NCBI GenBank assembly: GCA_001803565.1
Contig: MHDQ01000207.1
Span: 1-63,829, forward strand
Source of the DNA: Nitrospinae bacterium RIFCSPLOWO2_12_FULL_45_22
GTDB taxonomy: Bacteria; 2-12-FULL-45-22
DNA: 63,829 bases
Reading direction: 5' to 3'
Shown here: in pieces, positions 52,593 through 60,851 of the stretch
Layout of the letters: each line of letters starts with the position of its first letter
How positions within the stretch are numbered: position 1 is the stretch's first letter
The notes under the pieces: model-generated
What the model was told of the DNA's origin: nothing
Databases searched by the model: none
Seen by the model: the letters and a program-made list of their open reading frames with translations, nothing else
Position numbers and translations under genes: made by a program

Positions 52593-54206
52593 TTAGCAAA
52601 GAATGGGTGTTTCTTTCCAACTCCCTAATACTTCTTGTAATGCCATTATAATCTCTCCCTCAGTGGCATATAAACTAACGGCTTCTATGACATAGGGCAT
52701 AATATTCTTTTTGGTGGCCGCGGCTTCCTTGAGGGTACCCAATACCTTCTGTAATTGAACATTGTCCCGCCGGGCCCTCAGTTCTTGCAGCCGCCTTATC
52801 TTCTCCTCCTGGAAAGCCAATGAGATCTTCAATATCTCTAGCTCAGGCTCTTCCTCTACCACAAATTTGTTCACGCTGACAATGGTCTTCTCTCCTTTTT
52901 CGACGGCCCTTTGATACTCTAAGGCCGAGCGGTAAAATTCTCGCTGGAAGTAGCCTTCTTCTGTAGCCCGGATCATCCCTTTTAGAATACTGCCATTGCC
53001 CATACCTTCTATCTTTCTTAGGTATTCTTCCATCTCTTTTTCCATATCATTAGTTAATTTCTCTACAAAATAAGAACCACCCAGTGGATCTACTGCATTA
53101 ATCACACCGGTTTCATAGGCAATTATCTGCTGGGTCCTCACAGCAGTCCTGACTGCTTTTTCCGTAGGTAAGGCATATACTTCATCGGATGAGGTAGTAT
53201 GGAGGGATTGGATACCGGCTAGGACTGACGCCAGGGCCTGAATAGTGGTCCGTACCACATTGTTTTCGGGTTGCTGAGCCGTTAGGCTGCTCCCGGCCGT
53301 TTGGCCTGCAAAACGGAACTTCCAGGAATTAGGATTTTTCGCCTTAAACCGCTCCCGCATAGTCCTGGCCCAGAGTCTTCGGCCTGCCCGGAACTTGGCA
53401 ATCTCCTCAAAGAAATCCATCTGCACATCAAAAAAGAAGCTAAGGGTTGGGGCAAACCTATCTACGTCTATCCCCCGATCTATTACTGCCTCAGTAAGGG
53501 CCATAGCCGATGAAAAGGCAAAGGCTATCTCCTGGGTAGCGGTACAACCCGCCTCTCTATAATGCTGTCCAGTTATACTAGTAGAATTAAACTTAGGTAC
53601 ATTCTCTAAACAATACTCAATTATATCTACAGATAACCTCACAGCCGCTTCTGGGGGATAGGAAGAGGTCTTAGTGCCATTGAGGCAAGTGAAGGGATCA
53701 TTCCGGATGGTGCCCCGTAAGTCATTTAGGTTAAACCCCATCTTCTGAGCAGCTACCAGGTACATGGCAAATATGGCATGGTGGTTAGTTACTAGCGTTA
53801 CTCCTATTTTATCTAGTGGGATACCATCAAAGGCTATCTCCATATCCTCCAGGGAGTCTATCGGGACCCCTTCGCGGCCTATCTCTCCCTCGGCCATGAG
53901 ATGATCAGAGTCAAACCCCATCTTGGTAGGTTGATCCTCGATATAGTTAATGCCGGTCTGGCCCATTTTCAGTAAATATTTATAGCGCTGATTAGTGGCC
54001 TCAGGAGAACCGTAGCCAGCTATTTGCCGGATAGTCCAGAGCCTGCCGCGGTACATATTACTATGTATCCCCCGGGTAAAAGGGTATTCCCCTGGCATAC
54101 CTGAATCCCGCTCGTAATCCATCCCCTGGATATCCGCAGGGGTATATACGCTCTTTATCTCTCTATCGCATAAGGTAAAGAATTTCCTCTCTCGCTCTTT
54201 TTCCAT
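52593..54206 (-). CDS. Acyl-CoA mutase large (substrate-binding TIM-barrel) subunit, methylmalonyl-CoA-mutase family, specificity uncertain
   Basis: 537 aa. FTRG...MYRGRLWTIRQ.AGYG and GTIRND blocks are typical of the MCM family. The site residues seem non-canonical (see findings). Confidence 0.85.
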   Translation of the reverse strand: MEKERERKFFTLCDREIKSVYTPADIQGMDYERDSGMPGEYPFTRGIHSNMYRGRLWTIRQIAGYGSPEATNQRYKYLLKMGQTGINYIEDQPTKMGFDSDHLMAEGEIGREGVPIDSLEDMEIAFDGIPLDKIGVTLVTNHHAIFAMYLVAAQKMGFNLNDLRGTIRNDPFTCLNGTKTSSYPPEAAVRLSVDIIEYCLENVPKFNSTSITGQHYREAGCTATQEIAFAFSSAMALTEAVIDRGIDVDRFAPTLSFFFDVQMDFFEEIAKFRAGRRLWARTMRERFKAKNPNSWKFRFAGQTAGSSLTAQQPENNVVRTTIQALASVLAGIQSLHTTSSDEVYALPTEKAVRTAVRTQQIIAYETGVINAVDPLGGSYFVEKLTNDMEKEMEEYLRKIEGMGNGSILKGMIRATEEGYFQREFYRSALEYQRAVEKGEKTIVSVNKFVVEEEPELEILKISLAFQEEKIRRLQELRARRDNVQLQKVLGTLKEAAATKKNIMPYVIEAVSLYATEGEIIMALQEVLGSWKETPILC

Positions 54207-54296
54207 CTCCTTACCCCTCCTCCATATTTTTTAGACTATACTTTTCCCTGGTACCAAAGGTGATTTATACAAAACTGAGAAAATATTGTTAGGATA

Positions 54297-54457
54297 AATA
54301 TTATGTAACAGTTCACAGGGGTCAGGGATCAGTTGTCAGGCAAGATTCTCCTCAAAGACATCTTTCGCTCAATCTCCAAATATTTATGACCATGCAAAAT
54401 TTAAAGTCTTTTCCTGAATCCTACCAACTGAACCCCGTGAACTGTTACAATATTATT
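54297..54457. repeat. Inverted-repeat pair (TGTAACAGTTCAC core) flanking about 110 nt; MITE-like or a large hairpin
   Basis: AATATTATGTAACAGTTCACAGGGG (54297-54321) versus CCCCGTGAACTGTTACAATATTATT (54433-54457). The interior starts with heptamers GGGGTCA GGGATCA GTTGTCA. Confidence 0.7.
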
Positions 54458-54540
54458 GATAACTGGGGCTATTTTACAAAAACCCTTCTTGATGTCAAGC
54501 TCAAATCCAGGGATTTTATTAGTCTCTGGTCCAGCATCCT

Positions 54541-55185
54541 TCATTGTTTCTGCAAGGCCCCTCTAAATATTTCGGGCAGAGGTATATTTGGAGGTTGTCC
54601 TGGCCTACCGGGGCCGAGAGGTGGATTAAGAGATGGGCTACCAGGCATGCCAACGGGGGGGCTAGGAATGATTCTCCTATCGGTCTTGGTCTTATACAAC
54701 ACCAGGGTTTTTGTCTGGCCCTCGTTCTTTAAGATTACCGTGTCGGCCGAGATCTCTACTACCTTGTAACCGGCAAAGCTATCCCCTACGCTTACTTTTC
54801 TTATCCCTTTGTCCTGCCTGGGGATGTTACTCTCTCCTAATACTGCCATCCTCTGGTCCCCATAGATCAATATACCATAGAGGGTTATTTCTTTAGGTAC
54901 TATTTCCTCGGGGAATAAACCTTGTCTTTGTTCTTCCTTCTTTATCCCTTCGCCCCATTTTCGTTGCGGATGAAAAAGGTTCTTATCCGAGATAGTCCGG
55001 AAAGAGTCTTTGGGTGGGCTACTCCTTCGTGCTAAAGGTAGTTGGCCAATTTTTCCTGGGGTTTTTCTGGTAGGAGAACTGCCTACCTCTTTCGGGGCTT
55101 GGTACCAGAGTTGCACTGTCTGCCAGGCTAACAAGAGAAGGACAACCACTAAGATAATATTTATGAAGGTGAACCGATTTAACAT
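54541..55185 (-). CDS. GspC/PilP-like (HR-domain) T2SS inner-membrane component, no PDZ, Pro-rich tail
   Basis: 214 aa. N-terminal TM, NLFHPQR, then a beta-rich block ITLYGILIYGDQRMAVLG...VSVGDSFAGYKVVEISADTVILKNEGQTKTLVL resembling the secretin-interacting HR domain. C-terminal PxxP-rich tail. Confidence 0.55.
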   Translation of the reverse strand: MLNRFTFINIILVVVLLLLAWQTVQLWYQAPKEVGSSPTRKTPGKIGQLPLARRSSPPKDSFRTISDKNLFHPQRKWGEGIKKEEQRQGLFPEEIVPKEITLYGILIYGDQRMAVLGESNIPRQDKGIRKVSVGDSFAGYKVVEISADTVILKNEGQTKTLVLYKTKTDRRIIPSPPVGMPGSPSLNPPLGPGRPGQPPNIPLPEIFRGALQKQ

Positions 55186-55192
55186 GGGAACT

Positions 55193-55744
55193 TTATCCTG
55201 GCCGACGAAAACCCGCTACTACCAACGTGGCCCTTACTTTATCCGGGTACCGGTAGTTAGTGATATCTATGTTTAGTTCTGGTATTACTAAAATCTTATC
55301 CTGGTTTTCCACGGCATATAAGAAATCCACCAGATGAGTAACATAACTCTCAGTTATTATTTGAACGGGTATCTTTTCGTACCTCTCTACCTTTTCTGTA
55401 TCCAGTACCTTAGTACTCTTTATATCTATATTATTCTTCGTAGAGAGGGTTTTCAACAAATTTTGTAGGTCTGCTGCGGCCAGGGAGGTAGTCTTTCCCG
55501 TGAAGAGCCGGGGTTCTAAAGATTTTAGGGCCCCTCTCAGTAGCTTTAATTGCTCTTCGGCCTGCCCTTTCTCGTCCAGGAAGTGGTGATATTTATCCAG
55601 GAGTTTTTCTTTTGCTACCAACTCTTCCTTGATTTTTCCCTCGCTGGTAATGACCGGCCCCAATATAAGTTTATAGACCAAGAATAATAGGGCTGAGATA
55701 AGGGTTACCGATAGATAGCGCTTTTCTCGCTCAGATACCTTCAT
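55193..55744 (-). CDS. gspM: GspM/PilO-like T2SS assembly protein
   Basis: 183 aa. Single N-terminal TM, coiled coil, and position after the gspL-like gene. Confidence 0.6.
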   Translation of the reverse strand: MKVSEREKRYLSVTLISALLFLVYKLILGPVITSEGKIKEELVAKEKLLDKYHHFLDEKGQAEEQLKLLRGALKSLEPRLFTGKTTSLAAADLQNLLKTLSTKNNIDIKSTKVLDTEKVERYEKIPVQIITESYVTHLVDFLYAVENQDKILVIPELNIDITNYRYPDKVRATLVVAGFRRPG

Positions 55745-57195
55745 TTTTCTTGTCCTGACTCAATTTCTAGCTTGATCTTAAACCGCTCTGACGACTCCAT
55801 TCCTTTCGTGATAGGAGAAGCAAATTCCACATTCTGGAATAAAGGGGACCTATCTAAAAGGGGTATTAAATTAGAGGCGGATGAGGCAAACCCGTCAATT
55901 ACCACCTTACTTTCGTCAAAAGTAAGGTTAGTTAACCAGGCATCATCCGGTAGGATACTGGTCAATTCCTTCAATATTTCTAACTTGCTGGGTTGGCTGT
56001 TTTTGATGGCATCAAAGAATCTAATCTCTTTTGTTATCTCATCGGCCTCTTTTTGCTGTTGCTCAACCATAGATACCTGGGTTTTGATCTGGGCAATGCT
56101 GTGCTCTAGCCTGTTTAAGTCCCTCCGTTCTTTAATAAGGTGGGTAGATAGACTTGTAATGCCTAACAAAAAGACCAGGCCGATCAAGACCAGGGTAGTC
56201 AAGAGACCCCCCCTTTTCCTTTTCTTGCGCAACTCTATGGGGAGGAGGTTTATTTTGCCCCAACTCCTATCTACTCCTCTCAGGCCTAACCCAATGGGAT
56301 AAGCAAGATTGGCGGGGAGAGCCGAGTGGGGATCAGTTAGGACTTTTATCTTTTTAAAAGGGTCAGACGCCAAGGCCTCAATACCAGTCGCTTCCTTAAG
56401 GGTTGGTAAAAGGGTATTGGCGACTTCAACCCGGGCATCGTTGATTATTAACTCTTTTATTGTACTGTTATACCCATGCCGGCCTTCTTCCCAGAGGGCG
56501 TATTCCAATTCTCTCTTTAGGGGGCAAGATACGTCTCCATTTAAAGTCAATACCCTAGAATATTTTAATGCCTTGTCTTGAAGTAAGAGGAATTCTAAAG
56601 AGGAATCTTCTAGATGGATTATAGCCCGTAAGTCTTTATCCAGCCTATAGTAGTTAAATAAGATGGTATTCAATAAAGCAGTCGAAGAGGTTTCCACTAT
56701 GGTAGGCTCGATCTGGGCTTCTTTAAGGATATCCAGATAATATTCCAGGGAATCCTTTTTCATAGCCACTAAAAATATCCGGAGCAGATTTTCTTCAGCA
56801 TTCCGTTGGATTACCTGATAGTCAAAATATACCTCTTCTGCGGTAAAGGGTATATATCTTTCTAACTCATAGCTGATAACTTGAGCTAGGTTTTCTTCTA
56901 CTGCTATTGGTAGGTCTATATACCTGACTATGGTCTTTTCCCCTGGTACCCCCAGGACATAATTATCAGACAAGAACCTGTTTCGCCCCACAAAACCCTT
57001 AATCTCCATGGCCACAGTCTTTTTGTCGCCTTTAAGTCCCTCTAAGGGTACAATTTGATAATCTTTTAACACTACCTCCCTCAAGCCCTTTTGTAGGTTA
57101 GCCAGGAGGAGATATTGGGAGGTAAATTGGATACCAATACACCCCTGGCCATAAAAATCTTTTAGATTTACCCTGCCCATACCGAGTCTTTCCAA
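55741..57195 (-). CDS. gspL: GspL-like protein (PilM-like cytoplasmic actin-fold domain fused to a TM and a PilN-like periplasmic domain)
   Basis: 484 aa. The N-terminal 300 aa or so are PilM/GspL-cyto-like. TM at LLTTLVLIGLVFLLGITSL. The C-terminal domain is PilN/GspL-peri-like. Confidence 0.65.
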   Translation of the reverse strand: MERLGMGRVNLKDFYGQGCIGIQFTSQYLLLANLQKGLREVVLKDYQIVPLEGLKGDKKTVAMEIKGFVGRNRFLSDNYVLGVPGEKTIVRYIDLPIAVEENLAQVISYELERYIPFTAEEVYFDYQVIQRNAEENLLRIFLVAMKKDSLEYYLDILKEAQIEPTIVETSSTALLNTILFNYYRLDKDLRAIIHLEDSSLEFLLLQDKALKYSRVLTLNGDVSCPLKRELEYALWEEGRHGYNSTIKELIINDARVEVANTLLPTLKEATGIEALASDPFKKIKVLTDPHSALPANLAYPIGLGLRGVDRSWGKINLLPIELRKKRKRGGLLTTLVLIGLVFLLGITSLSTHLIKERRDLNRLEHSIAQIKTQVSMVEQQQKEADEITKEIRFFDAIKNSQPSKLEILKELTSILPDDAWLTNLTFDESKVVIDGFASSASNLIPLLDRSPLFQNVEFASPITKGMESSERFKIKLEIESGQEK

Positions 57196-58247
57196 TAAAG
57201 ATAATTCACTGGGTTTTGAGCGAATGGATTTAAGCGTATAACGCTCCTGATGGTTCGTTGTACCGGGCTGTTATCCAGTTGGCCTGTGGATTCTAAAGAA
57301 TAAACCGTAGGGGGGTCTACGCTTATCTGCTGTACCATCAGGGAATAATTTCGCTCCCCCACCAAGTCCCTAACCTCTGTTAAGTGGATAAATTCTTTTT
57401 CTTTCCGATATGCCATGATCAATTGCGCCAGCTCTGGAGTTATACCAGTAATGGTTTCTAAGACTTCTTGCGGGGCCGTGTTCAAATTGATCTTGTCAGA
57501 CGAGGAATATATGGTTATTAAGTGAGCAAGCCCTTTGTAAGCGTCTTCCTCCTCTCCTTTCTCTATTTTTTTCCTACGATAATAGTCAGAACCATAAAAG
57601 ACCCCTGGTGTCACTCCCCGGACAAACAATAGTTCCTCGATCGTATCGAACTGCCCGTCCTTACAGTCATATGGAGGGCTCAATGCCTGATAATAGTCTT
57701 CCTCAGCACCATTAAGCCGGTGGGCATTATTGGTATCTCGCCAATCCAATATAGAATCTACAATAATATCCCGTTCAGTGCCAGTAACGCCAGAATTAGT
57801 GACTAACTTCACCAACTCCGCTTGCCGGGCCCGGTTAATATTTATTTTCCCATCCTCATCCCTAACCTGGACCCAGGCCTTACCATCTTCCCATGGGACC
57901 TCATAAGGCTCCTGGGTTTTTATCCAGCCCCAGTGCCCTTTATCTTCATCTTCTATTCCTGCGCCTTTCCTATCCTCGTTTACAACAGGTATGCCCCTGC
58001 GGTAAAGCCGCATCCGGTTATATTTTATCAATTCTATTACGGTCTTATTGAGGCCCGCCCGGGCAAGATAATAAACCTTGGTCTCATCCAGGAGATTACG
58101 GGTAAGGGTCAGTTCGGTACGCATGGCATAAGAAAACTCTAGCGCTATCATAGTTAAGAGGGTAAGAACCCACAGAACCAGTATAAGGGCAATACCATTT
58201 TGGGCAGCCCAAGCCTTATGGTGCGAAGAATGGTCACTGGGTAACAC
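57168..58247 (-). CDS. gspK: T2SS minor pseudopilin GspK
   Basis: 359 aa. N-terminus QNGIALILVLWVLTLL without the conserved Glu5. INLNTAPQEVL helix-hairpin-helix-like motifs are typical of GspK. Confidence 0.75.
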   Translation of the reverse strand: MLPSDHSSHHKAWAAQNGIALILVLWVLTLLTMIALEFSYAMRTELTLTRNLLDETKVYYLARAGLNKTVIELIKYNRMRLYRRGIPVVNEDRKGAGIEDEDKGHWGWIKTQEPYEVPWEDGKAWVQVRDEDGKININRARQAELVKLVTNSGVTGTERDIIVDSILDWRDTNNAHRLNGAEEDYYQALSPPYDCKDGQFDTIEELLFVRGVTPGVFYGSDYYRRKKIEKGEEEDAYKGLAHLITIYSSSDKINLNTAPQEVLETITGITPELAQLIMAYRKEKEFIHLTEVRDLVGERNYSLMVQQISVDPPTVYSLESTGQLDNSPVQRTIRSVIRLNPFAQNPVNYLYWKDSVWAG

Positions 58248-59019
58248 TAGATCCCTCCTCGGTCGCTACTCCCCTGGCCGCTATTGGTAATTTACTATTA
58301 ACTTCAATAGGGATAACTATGGAGTTATTGGGAAACCTGGTTAAATCATGATCAAGTTTCATTTTTATCCTCACAGCCCGAGGTAGTCCTCCTTCTTTCG
58401 TCCCTTCCCATTCCTTTTTCCACTCCTGATCCGAATCTTTAGTGCTATAATACTCAAAACTGAATTCGGTGATGCCTGAGAGTAGCTCGAGGGCTTCATC
58501 GTCTTTAATGTCCTTTCGTTTTTTCTCTTCAAAGAATCCCTTGGTTAAGACGCTTTTTTCTAAGGCTCTCAGGGCTTTATTGCCTGTGGTAGGATCGGCT
58601 TTCAAATAATAGGTAGTAAAGGATAGACCACCCTTGAATTTGGGTGACAAGGGTAAGGAGGTGACAAAGCCCAGCGAGGTCTCTTTTCCTTCAAAGGCTA
58701 TTTGCGGCCCTTCACCGGCTTCACCCTTAGACCCTAAAGGATAGGCAGAGCTTATCTGATCAGCTATAAGGCTTAGTGCTGCCCGGAGCCTCTGGTACTC
58801 GGCCTGGGTAGCTTCACCTTTTTCCCAGGTTTTTATACCAATGCTGAAGGCCTGAAATACTATGGCAAAAACCAAACCCAGGAGACTCATAGCTACCAGC
58901 AACTCCATCAAGGTAAACCCCCCAGCCCCTATCCTCCCCCTTGATGGGGGAGGGTTAGGGAGGGGGTGAAACTCACGCTGTAAGCGCTTAATCCATCTCT
59001 GAATCAGTCTCTTCTTCAT
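58234..59019 (-). CDS. gspJ: T2SS minor pseudopilin GspJ-like, with an unusually long 34-aa leader containing a translated GC-rich repeat
   Basis: Prepilin site GAGG|FTLMELLVAMSLLGLVF. Size and order match GspJ. No alternative in-frame start lies between 59019 and the cleavage site. Confidence 0.7.
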   Translation of the reverse strand: MKKRLIQRWIKRLQREFHPLPNPPPSRGRIGAGGFTLMELLVAMSLLGLVFAIVFQAFSIGIKTWEKGEATQAEYQRLRAALSLIADQISSAYPLGSKGEAGEGPQIAFEGKETSLGFVTSLPLSPKFKGGLSFTTYYLKADPTTGNKALRALEKSVLTKGFFEEKKRKDIKDDEALELLSGITEFSFEYYSTKDSDQEWKKEWEGTKEGGLPRAVRIKMKLDHDLTRFPNNSIVIPIEVNSKLPIAARGVATEEGSSVTQ

Positions 59020-59461
59020 GAGTTACTGTGACCTGTTGTTGAATATTCTTCCCTCGGAGCAAGAGGGTGGCTAATTTGACTGATTTGTTCTTCTCTTTTG
59101 CAGGCAGAAATAGCTCTAATTTGAGTTCATATGGTTCAATGGGCAATTCTGACTCCGTTTCATTAATCTCTTGCTCAGAATAGATCGGAAAAGGCTTTAT
59201 CTCGGCCTTCCAGGTATAACCCCCTTCAAGCTCGCCAGACTCTATGCCTGGTGAAAAGGTATCCCTCAGCCTAAGCTCCTCCATCTTTTCCTGGGCGAGG
59301 AAGACAGCTTTGGTATATTCCCGGGATAACCAGGCTGCACGCACCCCCCCGGCAAATATCTCTATCACCAGGGTTAAGGCAATAGCCAGGATAGCCATAG
59401 CTACCATTATCTCCAGGAGGGTAAAGCCACCCTCCCCTTCATTATCCCTCTGTACCTTCAT
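58988..59461 (-). CDS. gspI: T2SS minor pseudopilin GspI-like
   Basis: Prepilin site GEGG|FTLLEIMVAMAILAIAL. 157 aa. Confidence 0.7.
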   Translation of the reverse strand: MKVQRDNEGEGGFTLLEIMVAMAILAIALTLVIEIFAGGVRAAWLSREYTKAVFLAQEKMEELRLRDTFSPGIESGELEGGYTWKAEIKPFPIYSEQEINETESELPIEPYELKLELFLPAKEKNKSVKLATLLLRGKNIQQQVTVTHEEETDSEMD

Positions 59462-59942
59462 CCCTGGAAATTCTCACTAAACCAGTAATAATGTCAACCT
59501 CGATAAGATAGCCCTTACCTTTTTGATTGCTTAGAATAACATCCCCCCCACTAGAGCTACCATTGGGGTAAAAGGTTATGGAGTTATTCTCTTTTAGTTT
59601 TATCTCTTCTGGTAGCTTAAATGTCTGCAAATTTCCCGTTTTTTCTGCTGGGTTAGGAGACCCAGCACTATCCGAGGGGGAGGTCAAGTCTTGGCGAGAA
59701 GCCACTTCCTCAATGCCATAGACCCCTGCCTCATTATCAAAAAAGACCTCATGAGGGGTCTTTTTGGCCACTGCCTGACCCCGGGCATATCTCAGGGTAG
59801 TAGCTATTTTCCTGGCTGTAGACTTAAGACTTGCGCTCCCCAAGCCACTAGTTATCCGGGGCCCGGCTAAGGCCAGCATTAGCCCCAGCAGCAGAAGTAC
59901 GACTAACAACTCTACTAAGGTAAACCCTTTTTGATATCGCAT
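59442..59942 (-). CDS. gspH: T2SS minor pseudopilin GspH-like
   Basis: MRYQKG|FTLVELLVVLLLLG. 166 aa. C-terminal ITFYPNGSSSGG is typical of GspH/FimT. Confidence 0.7.
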   Translation of the reverse strand: MRYQKGFTLVELLVVLLLLGLMLALAGPRITSGLGSASLKSTARKIATTLRYARGQAVAKKTPHEVFFDNEAGVYGIEEVASRQDLTSPSDSAGSPNPAEKTGNLQTFKLPEEIKLKENNSITFYPNGSSSGGDVILSNQKGKGYLIEVDIITGLVRISRDEGTEG

Positions 59943-59945
59943 GGA

Positions 59946-59996
59946 ATTTAGGTCATTAGGTTACTAGGTCATTGGGTTATTAGGTCAATTAGTTAC
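59946..59996. repeat. Tandem octamer array (TAGGTCAT TAGGTTAC TAGGTCAT TGGGTTAT TAGGTCAA TTAGTTAC)
   Basis: Six consecutive 8-mers in the gspG|gspH junction, overlapping the gspG stop codon. Same unit as at 38227-38320. Confidence 0.8.
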
Positions 59997-60428
59997 CTGT
60001 TTTTGCTCGAGTCCTTTCCAACTAACAATATCCTGGTTTTCTCCCTCTCCCCCTGGAACGCCATCAAGCCCATAAGAGATTATGTCATACTCACCATTAT
60101 CCCCGGGGCATTTGTATTCATAAGGCCCACCCCAGGGGTCATTAGGGATTTCTTTGGGCAGATAAGGGCCATCCCATCGCTCTACCCCAGAAGACTTAAC
60201 CCGGAGGGCGGCTAGTCCTTCTTCAGTGGTAGGGTAGCGGCCTACATCCAGCCTGAAGGTATCCAGTGCAGTAGCAAACAGTTCTATCTGGGCCTGGGCA
60301 GCTTGCTGCTTAGATTTCCCTACTTTACTAAAGAGGCGTGGGCCTACCAATGCAGCCAATAGCCCCAATATAATCATTACAATAAGTAGTTCTATTAAGG
60401 TGAAACCTTCTTCCCGTCCCTTTCTCAT
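59985..60428 (-). CDS. gspG: T2SS major pseudopilin GspG
   Basis: MRKGREEG|FTLIELLIVMIILGLLAALVGP, followed by the GspG-type core (DPWGGPYEYKCPGDNGEYDIISYGLDG). ATG at 60428 has an AGGGG RBS; the track start at 60458 is GTG with no RBS. Confidence 0.88.
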   Translation of the reverse strand: MRKGREEGFTLIELLIVMIILGLLAALVGPRLFSKVGKSKQQAAQAQIELFATALDTFRLDVGRYPTTEEGLAALRVKSSGVERWDGPYLPKEIPNDPWGGPYEYKCPGDNGEYDIISYGLDGVPGGEGENQDIVSWKGLEQKQVTN

Positions 60429-60851
60429 AAAACCCCTACTCCCTAAACGTTTTTGCACTCATGGCAAAATTAACCATGAAGAATTAGCAATTCACAATTA
60501 GAGGGACTAGGAGATTAGGAGACTAATAGAGATTAGATATTTAGTCTCCCAGTCTCTATAAATCTCTTAGTGCTTCATTTCAGAAATACAGTTACGTATT
60601 ATGCCTATTTTTTGCCTTCTTTTTTATTAGGAAGCCAAGAGGCCAGGAAATTAACCTCTCCTGTATTCCTGGTTTCCTTATCATAAGCACTTTCTCTCAA
60701 ATACGTCACCGTAATTATGGATTAGAGCACTTAGTCTCAGTCCTTTGATTTTGAAATGCTAATTGCTAATTTTGCCTTTTACATTGAAAGGGGTTTTTGT
60801 CTATCTGTGTCTATCCGTGTTCATCTGTGGCTAAGTTAAACAATTCCCGAA

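Noticed and set aside
54386-54769. 127-aa + strand ORF spanning the intergenic region and the 3' end of the GspC-like gene.
   Set aside because: Its second half is antisense to the Pro-rich tail of the GspC-like protein, which produces the Gly-rich string. It has no RBS and no recognisable domain, and its first half lies inside a repeat-bracketed segment.
59946-59996. Could the tandem 7/8-mer arrays be CRISPR arrays?
   Set aside because: The units are 7-8 nt and directly abutting with no spacers. The arrays are under 100 nt, and no cas genes are present. This is not CRISPR.
60429-60851. Sigma54-type (TGGCAC-N5-TTGC) promoter upstream of the major pseudopilin gene.
   Set aside because: I examined several GG/GC-containing candidates on the minus strand (for example CTGGCCTCTTGGCTTCC and GGCAAAATTAGCAATT). 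None has the required GG-N10-GC spacing.
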